Source: Bacilli bacterium (GTDB lineage Bacteria; Bacillota_I; Bacilli_A; RF39; UBA660). From it: a DNA stretch of 64,000 bases. The stretch is from NCBI GenBank assembly GCA_016297695.1, contig JAEDGC010000004.1, positions 8,074 to 72,073 on the forward strand, written 5' to 3'. Below the pieces are notes generated by a model, which was not told the DNA's origin, did no database searches, and saw nothing but the letters and a program-made list of their open reading frames with translations. This document shows, piece after piece, positions 20,061 through 29,078 of the stretch; position 1 is the stretch's first letter, and every line of letters starts with the position of its first letter. A program made the position numbers and the translations under genes.

Positions 20061-20290
20061 ATCAATTCATTCTTCATTAGAAAAGACTACCCAGAAAACT
20101 ACCCAGAAAATAATAATCAATTAAAAATTATAGAATTAATAAAAGAAAATCCTAAAATTACAAGAAATGAATTAGCAAATAAACTAAATATTACATTAGA
20201 TAGTGTTAAATATAATTAAAAAAATTAGTTGATAATAAGATTATCGAAAGAATTGGACCAGATAATGGTGGCTATTGTAAGATAAGATAA
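20061..20290 (+). pseudogene. frameshifted C-terminal remnant of a winged-helix DNA-binding protein (TTQKTTQK repeat + wHTH type)
   Basis: Three frames have to be spliced to read ...TTQKTTQKII / ELIKENPKITRNELANKLNITLDSVKYN / LKKLVDNKIIERIGPDNGGYCKIR*. There is an in-frame TAA at the A-run near 20216 and a 12-nt tandem duplication actacccagaaa x2 at 20087-20110. Confidence 0.65.
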
Positions 20291-20448
20291 TAAATAAGAT
20301 TTTAAGAATATAAATAAATTTGTAGCCATCCAATCGTGTCCATCAAAGAAGTATGTATTTATCATTCTTAATATAATTTAACTTAAAAATCAAATAATAA
20401 CGATAAAATATGTTATAATAATTAATATAAGAGAGAAGGTAAAAAAAT

Positions 20449-21135
20449 ATGCGAAAAGCCTTAATAGGAATAGTAGGAAAACCTGATAATACAGATGATA
20501 TGTGGAGTTATATAGAAATTAACAATGAAATAAAAGAATGTGTAAATAAAAATAACGCTTTAGCTATTGGAATTATTCCACAAGATTTAAAATACAAAAA
20601 AGCTGGAGATAATGAGTATGATTTAGATCAGTACGAAATAAATGATTTAAAAGAAATTATATCTAGAATAGATGGAATAGTATTGCAAGGTGGATTTTCA
20701 AGTAATTCATATGAACAAGAAATTATAAAAATTTGTTTAGAAAAAGATCTACCACTATTATGTATATGTTGTGGATTTAACAATATGGTAAGAGCATTAG
20801 GTGGGACACTTTTTGAAGAAAAATCAGATATACATAGTAAGTCTGGTGTGAAACATGTTCATGAAGTTATTTTAAAACAAGATTCTAAATTATTTGAAAT
20901 TATTGGGAATGAAAAAATAACTGTAAATAGTATTCATCGTAAGGTAACATCACCAGAATTTGTTAAAAACTGCGATATTGTAGGTATATGTCCAATAGAT
21001 AATACAGTAGAAGCAATAGAAGTTCCAAATAAAAAGTTTGCAATCGGGGTAAAATGGCATCCTGAATTGATGCAAGGTGAAAATTGTATGGATGAAATTT
21101 TTAAAAAATTTATAGAAAGCTGTGAAACAAATTAA
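20449..21135 (+). CDS. class I glutamine amidotransferase / gamma-glutamyl hydrolase (peptidase C26, PuuD-like)
   Basis: GIVLQGG, nucleophile elbow LLCICCGFNNM, and the VKWHPE His-Glu motif. Confidence 0.8.
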   Translation: MRKALIGIVGKPDNTDDMWSYIEINNEIKECVNKNNALAIGIIPQDLKYKKAGDNEYDLDQYEINDLKEIISRIDGIVLQGGFSSNSYEQEIIKICLEKDLPLLCICCGFNNMVRALGGTLFEEKSDIHSKSGVKHVHEVILKQDSKLFEIIGNEKITVNSIHRKVTSPEFVKNCDIVGICPIDNTVEAIEVPNKKFAIGVKWHPELMQGENCMDEIFKKFIESCETN

Positions 21136-21174
21136 CAATGAAATAATTATTTTGTTTTATAAATAAAAATAGTA

Positions 21175-21290
21175 AAGGGGACAGTTCTATGTCTCCTTGT
21201 TTTGTTAATAAATAAGTGATAAAATATGTTAATGAAAAACGTCTTTGATTATTTAATAAATTTGTGGCCTAGATTAGTTTCCTATGCGTA
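21175..21290 (+). repeat. module-boundary repeat copy T3
   Basis: aaggggac-agttctat-gtctcctt, then ttgttttgttaataaataagtgataaaatatgttaatgaaaaacgtc...ttatttaataaatttgtggcc...gcgtatccac. Confidence 0.75.
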
Positions 21291-21390
21291 TCCACAAAAA
21301 TTAGACCTATTTTATTAATGTTTGGACACGAATTTATTGATTATAGACACAAAATTTCTGGTTGATATGAGTCATAATAAGGAGGTCAAT

Positions 21391-21699
21391 ATGTTCAAAT
21401 TAGAGTCAAAATATAAACCAAGTGGAGACCAACCACAGGCTATTGAAAAGTTAGTTGAAGGAATTAAATCTGGTAAAAAAGACCAGGTTTTACTGGGAGC
21501 AACTGGAACAGGAAAGACTTTTACAATTGCAAATGTAATTGAGCAAGTTAATAGACCAACTCTTGTTTTAGCTCATAATAAAACACTAGCTGGGCAACTT
21601 TATTCTGAATTAAAAGAGTTATTTCCTAATAATCATGTCGAATACTTTGTATCTTATTATAGCAACACCCCAAAAACCCCTTTATTTAGTGCCTTTTAG
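21391..21699 (+). pseudogene. uvrB: truncated duplicate of the uvrB 5' end (first 90 codons, then 12 unrelated codons and a stop)
   Basis: 21391-21660 reads identical to 22867-23136. Identity ends after ...GTATCTTATTAT, where agcaacaccccaaaaacccc begins. The track ORF 21322-21699 has a TTG start lying in the promoter region. Confidence 0.9.
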
Positions 21700-21800
21700 T
21701 GTTATTTAATCATAGTAAAATACCTAAATAACACTAGATAAAACCAGAAGTTAGAAAATAAATTTGTGGCCGGTATTCGTGGTCATTCGTGTCCGCCTAA
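21681..21800 (+). repeat. partial module-boundary repeat R4 (tail only, no hairpin)
   Basis: tttatttagtgccttttagtgttatttaat, then catagtaaaatacctaaataacactagataaaaccagaagttagaaaat and aaatttgtggccggtattcgtggtcattcgtgtccgcctaagaag. This aligns with the tail of T2 and, without the 48-nt segment, with T5. Confidence 0.7.
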
Positions 21801-21898
21801 GAAGAACCTGTTCAAAATAATGAACTATCTGAATAATGTATATATTTTACTTTATTGAAAATGTATGCTAAAATAGCAATCAATTTAAGGGGGATTGT

Positions 21899-22645
21899 AT
21901 GCAAAAATCAAAATATACAATGCATGGTATAAACAAAGAAACATATAGATTATTATTCGATGAAAAAGAGCAAAATAAGATGGAATGCTCTAATGAAATT
22001 TTTACTATTGAAATGAGTTCATTATATGATAGAAAGCCGTATTATATATTCTATAACTTTTTAAAAAAGATAATTGATATGTATTTTTATGAAGTTAATT
22101 ATTTTAATTTACATAAGAAGATGTTTGGTAAAGGATACATATTTAAAAATAGTGATGTAGAGTTTTGGTTTGATTACTTAGAAAATCATTTAAAGAAAAT
22201 ATTAAGAAATGAAGATACTTATGTTAAGAAAGAAATGATTTTTGACTTAAAACATAATTTAAGATATTGTTCGTGTTTTTATACAAATATGATTATATCA
22301 GCTAATATAGAAAATTCTTTTTTTGTTACAGGTTTAATTAAATATGATGATGGTGATAGTCATTTACATAGTTTTGTTGAACATAAAGATTATGTTATTG
22401 ATTATACAAAAAATCTGATTATGCCTAAGAAAAAATATATTGAACTTCTAAAAATTAAAGAATTACAAAGGGTTGATTCTAAAAGTGTAATAAATATGTA
22501 TAATATTTTAGTAGAAAATAGAATATTAAATACTGCAAGATTTATGGCGACATTTGGAAATGAAATAATAAATGACTTAGATAGAAATCCTCAATTAATT
22601 AAAAGAAATACAGATAAGCCAGATTTTAGTTGTTTATTTTACTAA
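21899..22645 (+). CDS. hypothetical protein, 248 aa, with a possible transglutaminase/papain-like Cys-His-Asp core
   Basis: RBS AAGGGGG. CSCFYTNMII...GDSHLHSFVEHKDYVIDYT fits the C...HxxxE...D pattern of transglutaminase-like cysteine peptidases. Pattern-level evidence only. Confidence 0.6.
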   Translation: MQKSKYTMHGINKETYRLLFDEKEQNKMECSNEIFTIEMSSLYDRKPYYIFYNFLKKIIDMYFYEVNYFNLHKKMFGKGYIFKNSDVEFWFDYLENHLKKILRNEDTYVKKEMIFDLKHNLRYCSCFYTNMIISANIENSFFVTGLIKYDDGDSHLHSFVEHKDYVIDYTKNLIMPKKKYIELLKIKELQRVDSKSVINMYNILVENRILNTARFMATFGNEIINDLDRNPQLIKRNTDKPDFSCLFY

Positions 22646-22663
22646 AATAACAAATAATATTAG

Positions 22664-22790
22664 CAAGGAAGTTATGATGACTTCCTTGTTTTATTGTAAA
22701 ATAAGTGTTAAAATAGGTTATTGAAAAACATCTGGTTTTATTCAGTTTTATTTAGTGTTATTTAATAAATTTGTGGCCGACATGTATCCA
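22664..22790 (+). repeat. module-boundary repeat copy T5
   Basis: caaggaag-ttatgatga-cttccttg, then ttttattgtaaaataagtgttaaaataggttattgaaaaacatc...ttttatttagtgttatttaataaatttgtggccgacatgtatccac. Confidence 0.75.
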
Positions 22791-22866
22791 CCAGAAATTA
22801 GACCTATTTTATTAATGTTTGGACACAAATTTTCTGGTTGATATGAGTCATAATAAGGAGGTCAAT

Positions 22867-24816
22867 ATGTTCAAATTAGAGTCAAAATATAAACCAAGTG
22901 GAGACCAACCACAGGCTATTGAAAAGTTAGTTGAAGGAATTAAATCTGGTAAAAAAGACCAGGTTTTACTGGGAGCAACTGGAACAGGAAAGACTTTTAC
23001 AATTGCAAATGTAATTGAGCAAGTTAATAGACCAACTCTTGTTTTAGCTCATAATAAAACACTAGCTGGGCAACTTTATTCTGAATTAAAAGAGTTATTT
23101 CCTAATAATCATGTCGAATACTTTGTATCTTATTATGATTATTATCAACCAGAAGCATATGTTCCCTCAAGTGATACTTATATAGAAAAAGATTCCTCTA
23201 TTAATGATGAAATAGACGAATTAAGGCATGCAGCAACATCTGCCTTAATTAATAATCGTGATACGATAGTTGTAGCATCTGTATCTTGTATTTATAATAT
23301 TGGTGAAAAAGAAGAATATGTTAATAAAATGCTTACTTTAGAAAAAGGAATGAAAATTAAAAGAAATGATATAATTAATAAACTTGTTGATATGGCATAT
23401 GAAAGAAATGATATTTATTTTCATCGTGGTACATTTAGAGTTCATGGAGATATTATTGATATAGTACCTGCTGGCGAAAAAAGTCAAGCAATAAGAGTTG
23501 ATTTATTTGATGATGAAATAGATAGAATATCAATCTTTGATCCAGTAACTGGAGCATTGATAAAAGAAAAGAAAACCATATCGATATTTCCAGCAAGTCA
23601 TTTTGTTACAAGTGATAAAAAGATGCAAGAAGCATTAAAAAGAATAAAATCTGAACTTGAAGAAAGAATAAAATACTTTGAAGATAATAATAAACTACTA
23701 GAAGCTCAAAGAATAAAAGAACGTACTAATTATGATATGGAAATGCTTAAAGAAACAGGTTTTTGTAGTGGAGTAGAAAATTATTCATCCCATTTAGCTT
23801 TGAGAGATTCAGGTTCTACACCTAATTGTTTAATAGATTTTTTTGATAAAGATTTCTTATTAATTATTGATGAATCACATGTTACTGTTCCACAAATAAG
23901 AGGAATGTACAATGGTGACAGAGCAAGAAAACAAACTTTAGTAGATTATGGATTTAGATTACCATCAGCTTTAGATAATCGACCTTTAAAATTTGAAGAA
24001 TTTGAAAGCAAAATTAATCAGGTTATATATGTTTCAGCTACACCAGGTGATTATGAACTTGAAAAAGTAAATAACAACGTAATTGAGCAAGTAATAAGAC
24101 CTACTGGACTTCTTGATCCAACTATTGAAATAAAACCCACTATAGGTCAAATAGACGATATTATTGAACAAATTAGATTAAGAAAAGAAAAAAATGAAAG
24201 GGTTTTAATTACAACTTTAACAATAAGAATGTCAGAAGAGTTAACTAATTATTTAAAAGAAGTAAATATAAAAGTTGCTTATTTACACAGTGAAATTAAA
24301 ACTCTAGAAAGATTAAAGATAATCCATGATTTAAGAATGGGTATATATGATTGTGTAGTTGGTATCAATCTTTTAAGAGAAGGAATAGATATACCAGAAG
24401 TAAGTTTAATATGTATTTTAGATGCAAATAAACAAGGCTTTTTAAGAAGTGAAAGAAGTTTAATTCAAACTATTGGAAGATGTGCTAGAAATAAAAGTGG
24501 ACATGTAATTATGTATGCAGATACAATATCAGAAGCAATGCAAAATGCTATTAATGAAACTAAGCGTCGTCGTTTAATCCAAGAAAGTTTTAATGAAAAG
24601 CATAATATAATTCCTCAAACAATAAAAAAAGAAATAAAAGAAGTAATAAGTAACGATGTAAAAGAAGTTAGTCAAAAGAAAAAAATGAATAAGAAAGAAT
24701 CAGAAAATCTTATTAAAAACATAGAGAATGAAATGAAAGAAGCAGCAAAAAATCTTGATTTTGAAAGAGCAATGGAACTTAGAGATATATTATTCGAATT
24801 GAAAGCAAATAAATAA
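22867..24816 (+). CDS. uvrB: excinuclease ABC subunit B
   Basis: [22 protein letters not shown]-terminus, Walker [19 protein letters not shown], helicase motif [11 protein letters not shown], and the C-terminal UVR motif [15 protein letters not shown]. Start at ATG 22867, after AAGGAGG. Confidence 0.95.
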   Translation: MFKLESKYKPSGDQPQAIEKLVEGIKSGKKDQVLLGATGTGKTFTIANVIEQVNRPTLVLAHNKTLAGQLYSELKELFPNNHVEYFVSYYDYYQPEAYVPSSDTYIEKDSSINDEIDELRHAATSALINNRDTIVVASVSCIYNIGEKEEYVNKMLTLEKGMKIKRNDIINKLVDMAYERNDIYFHRGTFRVHGDIIDIVPAGEKSQAIRVDLFDDEIDRISIFDPVTGALIKEKKTISIFPASHFVTSDKKMQEALKRIKSELEERIKYFEDNNKLLEAQRIKERTNYDMEMLKETGFCSGVENYSSHLALRDSGSTPNCLIDFFDKDFLLIIDESHVTVPQIRGMYNGDRARKQTLVDYGFRLPSALDNRPLKFEEFESKINQVIYVSATPGDYELEKVNNNVIEQVIRPTGLLDPTIEIKPTIGQIDDIIEQIRLRKEKNERVLITTLTIRMSEELTNYLKEVNIKVAYLHSEIKTLERLKIIHDLRMGIYDCVVGINLLREGIDIPEVSLICILDANKQGFLRSERSLIQTIGRCARNKSGHVIMYADTISEAMQNAINETKRRRLIQESFNEKHNIIPQTIKKEIKEVISNDVKEVSQKKKMNKKESENLIKNIENEMKEAAKNLDFERAMELRDILFELKANK

Positions 24817-24834
24817 AGACCTAATTTGGTCTTT
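24815..24834. terminator. bidirectional terminator between convergent uvrB and the PBP gene
   Basis: Hairpin aaagacc-taattt-ggtcttt flanked by A and T runs. It abuts both stop codons. Confidence 0.65.
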
Positions 24835-26775
24835 TTATTCTATTTGTTTAACAACATGTGTTTCTTTATTATTTTCACTACCTTTTACAAAATAATATAA
24901 AGTATTTTTGGAGTTGTTTACAACTTCTCCACCAGTAATTGGATCTCTTATAGTGGCAATAACATTTTTAGGTTGTTCATACCATTCATCTGTTATATTT
25001 TTTTCATAACTTTCAATAGTATTTACCCAAATATTTTTTGCCTCAGAACTTATATTGGAATTAGTTTCACGGGCATCATCATATCCCATCCATACTAACA
25101 TTAAAGCTTTTTTGTTATATCCAACAGTCCAATAATCAGTTTTTGTTGTACCAGTTTTTAAGGCATATTTATGACTTAATTTACTAGCTATTGATAATCC
25201 TGTTGGAACTGTGTAATCTTTAAAACTTGCATTTGTTGTATTAGTCAAAAGTTCATTTAAAATATATAAATTATTTTGATTTAAAACTAATTTAGATTTA
25301 TCTTTATGTTCATACAAAATATTCCCATTTAAATCTTCAATCTTTTCGATAAAATATAAATCTTTTTTATAGCCATTACTTGCAAGTGTTGTATAACCAG
25401 TAGCAAAATCCATCATATTTAATTCTGAGGTTCCCAGTGCTAAAGAAGGATTTTGATTTAATTTAGAAGTGATTCCACATGTATAAGCTGTATTTACTAA
25501 AGTATCTTCTCCTAGAAATAAATGAGTTTTAACAGCGTAAATATTGTCAGAATAAGCAATGGCTGCTGCCATTGAAATATCTTTGTGAGCATAAGTATTA
25601 TTGTAGTTAGATGGTGAATATTTAGAACTATTTTCAAAGTTAAATGTTGTTTCTTCACTTAAAAAAGTAGAGGCAGATGTAAATCCATTTTCTAAAGCAG
25701 CATAATAAAGAAAAGGTTTCATTGTTGATCCTACTTGTCTTTTTGAAGACAAAGCTCTATTATACTGGCTTTTAGCATAATCAACACCACCTACAAGAGA
25801 AATAACAGCACCATTTTCAGGATTAACTATTACACTAGATGCTTGAATTTCTTCATCAGTAATAGTGTTTTTGATATTACTTTCTAAAGTGTTTTGTGTT
25901 TCACTATCTAAAGTTGTATAAATTTTTAATCCTCCACTTTTTATTAGAGAAGTGGGAATACTTTTAATATTTTTTAATTCATTATAAACAGCATCTTCAT
26001 AATACATTATCATGTTTGAGTTATTTTCATTTCTTTTTCCATATATTTCAATTGGATTTATGAATAATTTATCATAAGTATTTTTATCTATATATTTATT
26101 GTCTAACATAGTTTTTGCAACTACTTTAGCTCTTTTAATACAGTTTTCATAACTAGTAACAGGGTTAAAATTACTTGGGTTTTTAGGTATTCCTGCTAGC
26201 ATAATTGCTTCTTCCAAAGTTAAATCAATAGGTTCTTTATTAAAATAATACTTACTAGCTTGTTTTATTCCATAATTTCCTTGACCATAGTTTATGGTAT
26301 TTAAATAGCCTTCTAAAATATAATCTTTGTCATAATGAACTTCTAATTCTAAAGTTAAAAAAGCTTCTTCTATCTTTCTTGACCATGTTTTATCAAAATC
26401 TAGATACATATTTTTAATATATTGTTGGGATATTGTAGATGCCCCTTGAACTATTGCTTTTTTCTTGATATTTAACATCATTGCTTTTATGATTCTTAAA
26501 TAATCAAATCCTTGATGTTTGTAAAAGTTTTTATCTTCAACACTTATTACAGCATTTTTAAATTTATCTGAAATTTGATCTAAAGAAACCCATTCAGTTC
26601 CAGAAGAACCAGTTTCTATTAGAGTATTTTTGTTATCATAAAGGTAAATTTTTCCAATGGATGATATTTCTAGTGGCGGACTTAAATAAGCATAAACATA
26701 AAGTCCAACCAAACAGATAAAAAACGATATAAATAGAAAAATATTTATTTTAAATAATTTTTTTAATTTTTTCAT
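24835..26775 (-). CDS. class A penicillin-binding protein (glycosyltransferase GT51 + transpeptidase)
   Basis: N-terminal TM helix. GT51 motifs ISVEDKNFYKHQGFD, GASTISQQ and RKIEE. Transpeptidase motifs STMKP (SxxK), SDN (SxN) and KTGT. Confidence 0.92.
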   Translation of the reverse strand: MKKLKKLFKINIFLFISFFICLVGLYVYAYLSPPLEISSIGKIYLYDNKNTLIETGSSGTEWVSLDQISDKFKNAVISVEDKNFYKHQGFDYLRIIKAMMLNIKKKAIVQGASTISQQYIKNMYLDFDKTWSRKIEEAFLTLELEVHYDKDYILEGYLNTINYGQGNYGIKQASKYYFNKEPIDLTLEEAIMLAGIPKNPSNFNPVTSYENCIKRAKVVAKTMLDNKYIDKNTYDKLFINPIEIYGKRNENNSNMIMYYEDAVYNELKNIKSIPTSLIKSGGLKIYTTLDSETQNTLESNIKNTITDEEIQASSVIVNPENGAVISLVGGVDYAKSQYNRALSSKRQVGSTMKPFLYYAALENGFTSASTFLSEETTFNFENSSKYSPSNYNNTYAHKDISMAAAIAYSDNIYAVKTHLFLGEDTLVNTAYTCGITSKLNQNPSLALGTSELNMMDFATGYTTLASNGYKKDLYFIEKIEDLNGNILYEHKDKSKLVLNQNNLYILNELLTNTTNASFKDYTVPTGLSIASKLSHKYALKTGTTKTDYWTVGYNKKALMLVWMGYDDARETNSNISSEAKNIWVNTIESYEKNITDEWYEQPKNVIATIRDPITGGEVVNNSKNTLYYFVKGSENNKETHVVKQIE

Positions 26776-26874
26776 GATAATCCACCTATATTTAATATGT
26801 TTTAAATTATAAAAAATATAAGTGCAATATTTATATTCCTATGTTATAATCTACATTGAAAAAGAGGTGATTAT

Positions 26875-27228
26875 ATGTCCTTGATAAATATGAAATTATT
26901 AAAAGATGATAGTATTATTTATAATATGGAAAATATTGAAGCAGAAATTAATGAAAAATATATAAAATTTGAATTAGATAATACAACAAATATTTATGAA
27001 CTATTAGAAGAAGGATGTATATTTACAAGAGAAAATGATGAATTTAGATTTAAATTGAATACAATTAAAAAAGAAGCAACCTACTTACTAAAAGAGACTA
27101 ATACACTTTTAGATATTATTGTAGAAAAATGTGAATACTTTGTTTACCCGGATAAAACAAAAATTACATATAAATTAGAATCAGATGATTGCCTAAATTC
27201 TATTGAATTAACGAAAGGAGATAATTAA
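26875..27228 (+). CDS. DUF1934 (YwiB-like) small beta-barrel protein
   Basis: 117 aa, immediately upstream of argS with a 2-nt gap, as ywiB-argS is arranged in Bacillus. Assignment is mostly by synteny and size. Confidence 0.55.
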   Translation: MSLINMKLLKDDSIIYNMENIEAEINEKYIKFELDNTTNIYELLEEGCIFTRENDEFRFKLNTIKKEATYLLKETNTLLDIIVEKCEYFVYPDKTKITYKLESDDCLNSIELTKGDN

Positions 27229-27230
27229 TA

Positions 27231-28970
27231 ATGAATTTTTTAAGTAAGCAAGAACAATTAATAAAAAAATCTATTAATGAACTTGGATATAATGTAGATG
27301 AAGTTTTATTAATACCATCATCAAGAAAAGAATTTGGTGATTATCAGTATAATGGGGTTATGAGTATTGCCAAACAGATGCATAAAAATCCTCGTGAAAT
27401 TGCTCTTGATATAATTGAAAAACTAAAAGAAAATAAAGATTTAGTTAATGTCAACGTACAAGGACCAGGTTTTATTAATTTGAGTTTTAGTGATGAAGCA
27501 TTAGTTAATTATTTAAATGAAGTAAAAGATAATATAAATATCAATTATGAATATGATAATAAAAAAACAATATTTTTAGATTATGGTGGGGCAAATGTAG
27601 CTAAAACATTACATGTTGGACATTTAAGAAGCGCAAATATTGGTGAAGCATTAAAAAGATTGGCAGAAGCCTTAGGAAATAAAACCATTAGTGATGTTCA
27701 TCTTGGAGATTGGGGTAGACCACTAGGGCTTGTAATTTTAGAGATTAGCAAAAGACAACCAGATTTATGTTATTTTGATGATAATTATATTGGCCATTAT
27801 CCTGAAAAATCACCGGTAACTAATGAAGATTTAATGGAAATATATCCAACTGCTTCTATAAAAGCTAAAGAAGATGAAAATTATTTAGAAGAAGCAAGAA
27901 TTGTAACTAAAAAATTGCAAGAAGGACATAAAGGTTATAATGAATTATGGAAACAAATAATAAAAGTTTCTAGTGAAGATATTAAAAAAATATATACAAA
28001 ATTAAACACTACATTTGACCTTTGGGAAGGTGAAAGTGATTGTTACAAATCAATTCCAGAAATGCTTGAGTATATTAATACTTTAAACATTACGAAAAAA
28101 AGTGAGGGTGCTGTAGTTATAGATGTAAAAAAAGAAGATGATGAAATTGAATATCCACCATTTATGTTAATAAAAAGTAATGGTGGAGCATCTTATCAAA
28201 CTACGGATTTAGCGGCAATATTTCAAAGAGTAAAAAATTATAATCCAGATGAAATATGGTATGTAGCTGATAATCGTCAAGCACTTCATTTCGAAACAGT
28301 ATTTAGAGCAGCCAAATTAACTAAAATTGCTACGGATGTAGAATTAGTATTTGCTGGTTTTGGAACAATGAATGGCAGCGATGGTAAACCATTTAAAACA
28401 CGTGATGGGGGAGTAATGTCATTAAATAATTTGATTGATTTGGTGAAAATTGAAAGTGAAAAAAAATTACTTCCAAATATAATTGAAGATAGAGACGAAG
28501 TTGCCCAATGTGTAGCTATTTCAGCAATTAAATATGCCGATTTAATACCATTTAGAACAACAGATTATGTTTTTGACCCAGTTAAATTTAGCGATTTAAA
28601 TGGTAAAACTGGTCCATATCTTTTGTATTCAACAATTAGAATGAAATCATTATTAGCTAATGCTAAAAAAGAAAATATTAAATATAATAATGTAGAAATG
28701 ATAGATGATAATACTAAAGAAATAGTTTTAAATTTATTAAACATTAACAAAGTCTTAATAAAATCATTTAATACTAAATCTTTAAATGAAATTACTGATT
28801 TACTATATAAAATAACTAATTCTTATAACAATTTTTATTCACAAGTAAGAATATTAACTGAGGATAATGAAAAAATACGCTCCTCTTGGCTAGCTATTAC
28901 AGATATAGTTTATCAAAATAATGTAAAATTATTAAATATTTTAGGTATAAATGTTCCTGAAAGAATGTAA
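27231..28970 (+). CDS. argS: arginine--tRNA ligase
   Basis: 579 aa. QGPGFINLSF in the N-terminal domain, class I HIGH variant HVGHLRS, and the C-terminal DALR-type anticodon-binding region. Confidence 0.9.
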   Translation: MNFLSKQEQLIKKSINELGYNVDEVLLIPSSRKEFGDYQYNGVMSIAKQMHKNPREIALDIIEKLKENKDLVNVNVQGPGFINLSFSDEALVNYLNEVKDNININYEYDNKKTIFLDYGGANVAKTLHVGHLRSANIGEALKRLAEALGNKTISDVHLGDWGRPLGLVILEISKRQPDLCYFDDNYIGHYPEKSPVTNEDLMEIYPTASIKAKEDENYLEEARIVTKKLQEGHKGYNELWKQIIKVSSEDIKKIYTKLNTTFDLWEGESDCYKSIPEMLEYINTLNITKKSEGAVVIDVKKEDDEIEYPPFMLIKSNGGASYQTTDLAAIFQRVKNYNPDEIWYVADNRQALHFETVFRAAKLTKIATDVELVFAGFGTMNGSDGKPFKTRDGGVMSLNNLIDLVKIESEKKLLPNIIEDRDEVAQCVAISAIKYADLIPFRTTDYVFDPVKFSDLNGKTGPYLLYSTIRMKSLLANAKKENIKYNNVEMIDDNTKEIVLNLLNINKVLIKSFNTKSLNEITDLLYKITNSYNNFYSQVRILTEDNEKIRSSWLAITDIVYQNNVKLLNILGINVPERM

Positions 28971-28986
28971 AATATATCTTAGTGTA

Positions 28987-29014
28987 TTGACAAATAATAA
29001 TTATATGTTACAAT
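28987..29014 (+). promoter_or_regulatory. sigma-A type promoter upstream of rpoE
   Basis: TTGACA, 16-nt spacer, TACAAT. Confidence 0.5.
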
Positions 29015-29078
29015 TACGGAAGTTGAGACATATAATATAAAAAAAAATTATGTTATATATTTTTAGGAGGATATTTTT

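Noticed and set aside
21322-21390. Track start (TTG 21322) for the uvrB fragment, and likewise TTG 22819 for uvrB
   Set aside because: These extensions read through promoter DNA. The conserved UvrB N-terminus [14 protein letters not shown] begins at the ATG that follows an AAGGAGG site.
16092-22790. Interpretation of the boundary repeats as integron attC sites
   Set aside because: There is no GTTRRRY-type core and no intI-like gene in the window. The repeat has a long asymmetric tail rather than the bipartite attC palindrome. It is reported as a cassette-like array of unknown mechanism instead.
21250-22800. Possible DnaA-box cluster (TATCCACA at ~21288, TATCCACC at ~22783) suggesting an origin
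   Set aside because: Only one or two near-consensus boxes are present. The other GTGG/CCAC-containing repeats match the 9-mer poorly, and no dnaA/dnaN context or AT-rich unwinding element pattern is present. They are better explained as part of the module-boundary repeat.
22790-22866. LexA/Cheo box (GAAC-N4-GTTC) expected upstream of uvrB
   Set aside because: I found no GAAC-N4-GTTC in the uvrB upstream region. There is only the imperfect inverted repeat CCAGAAATT...AATTTTCTGG, so no SOS operator is claimed.
26776-27230. T-box leader upstream of argS, and a yybP-ykoY riboswitch upstream of mntP (31852-31879)
   Set aside because: The upstream spacers are too short (99 nt before the ywiB-like gene, 2 nt before argS, 28 nt before mntP). 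They lack specifier or T-box, or riboswitch, sequence features.
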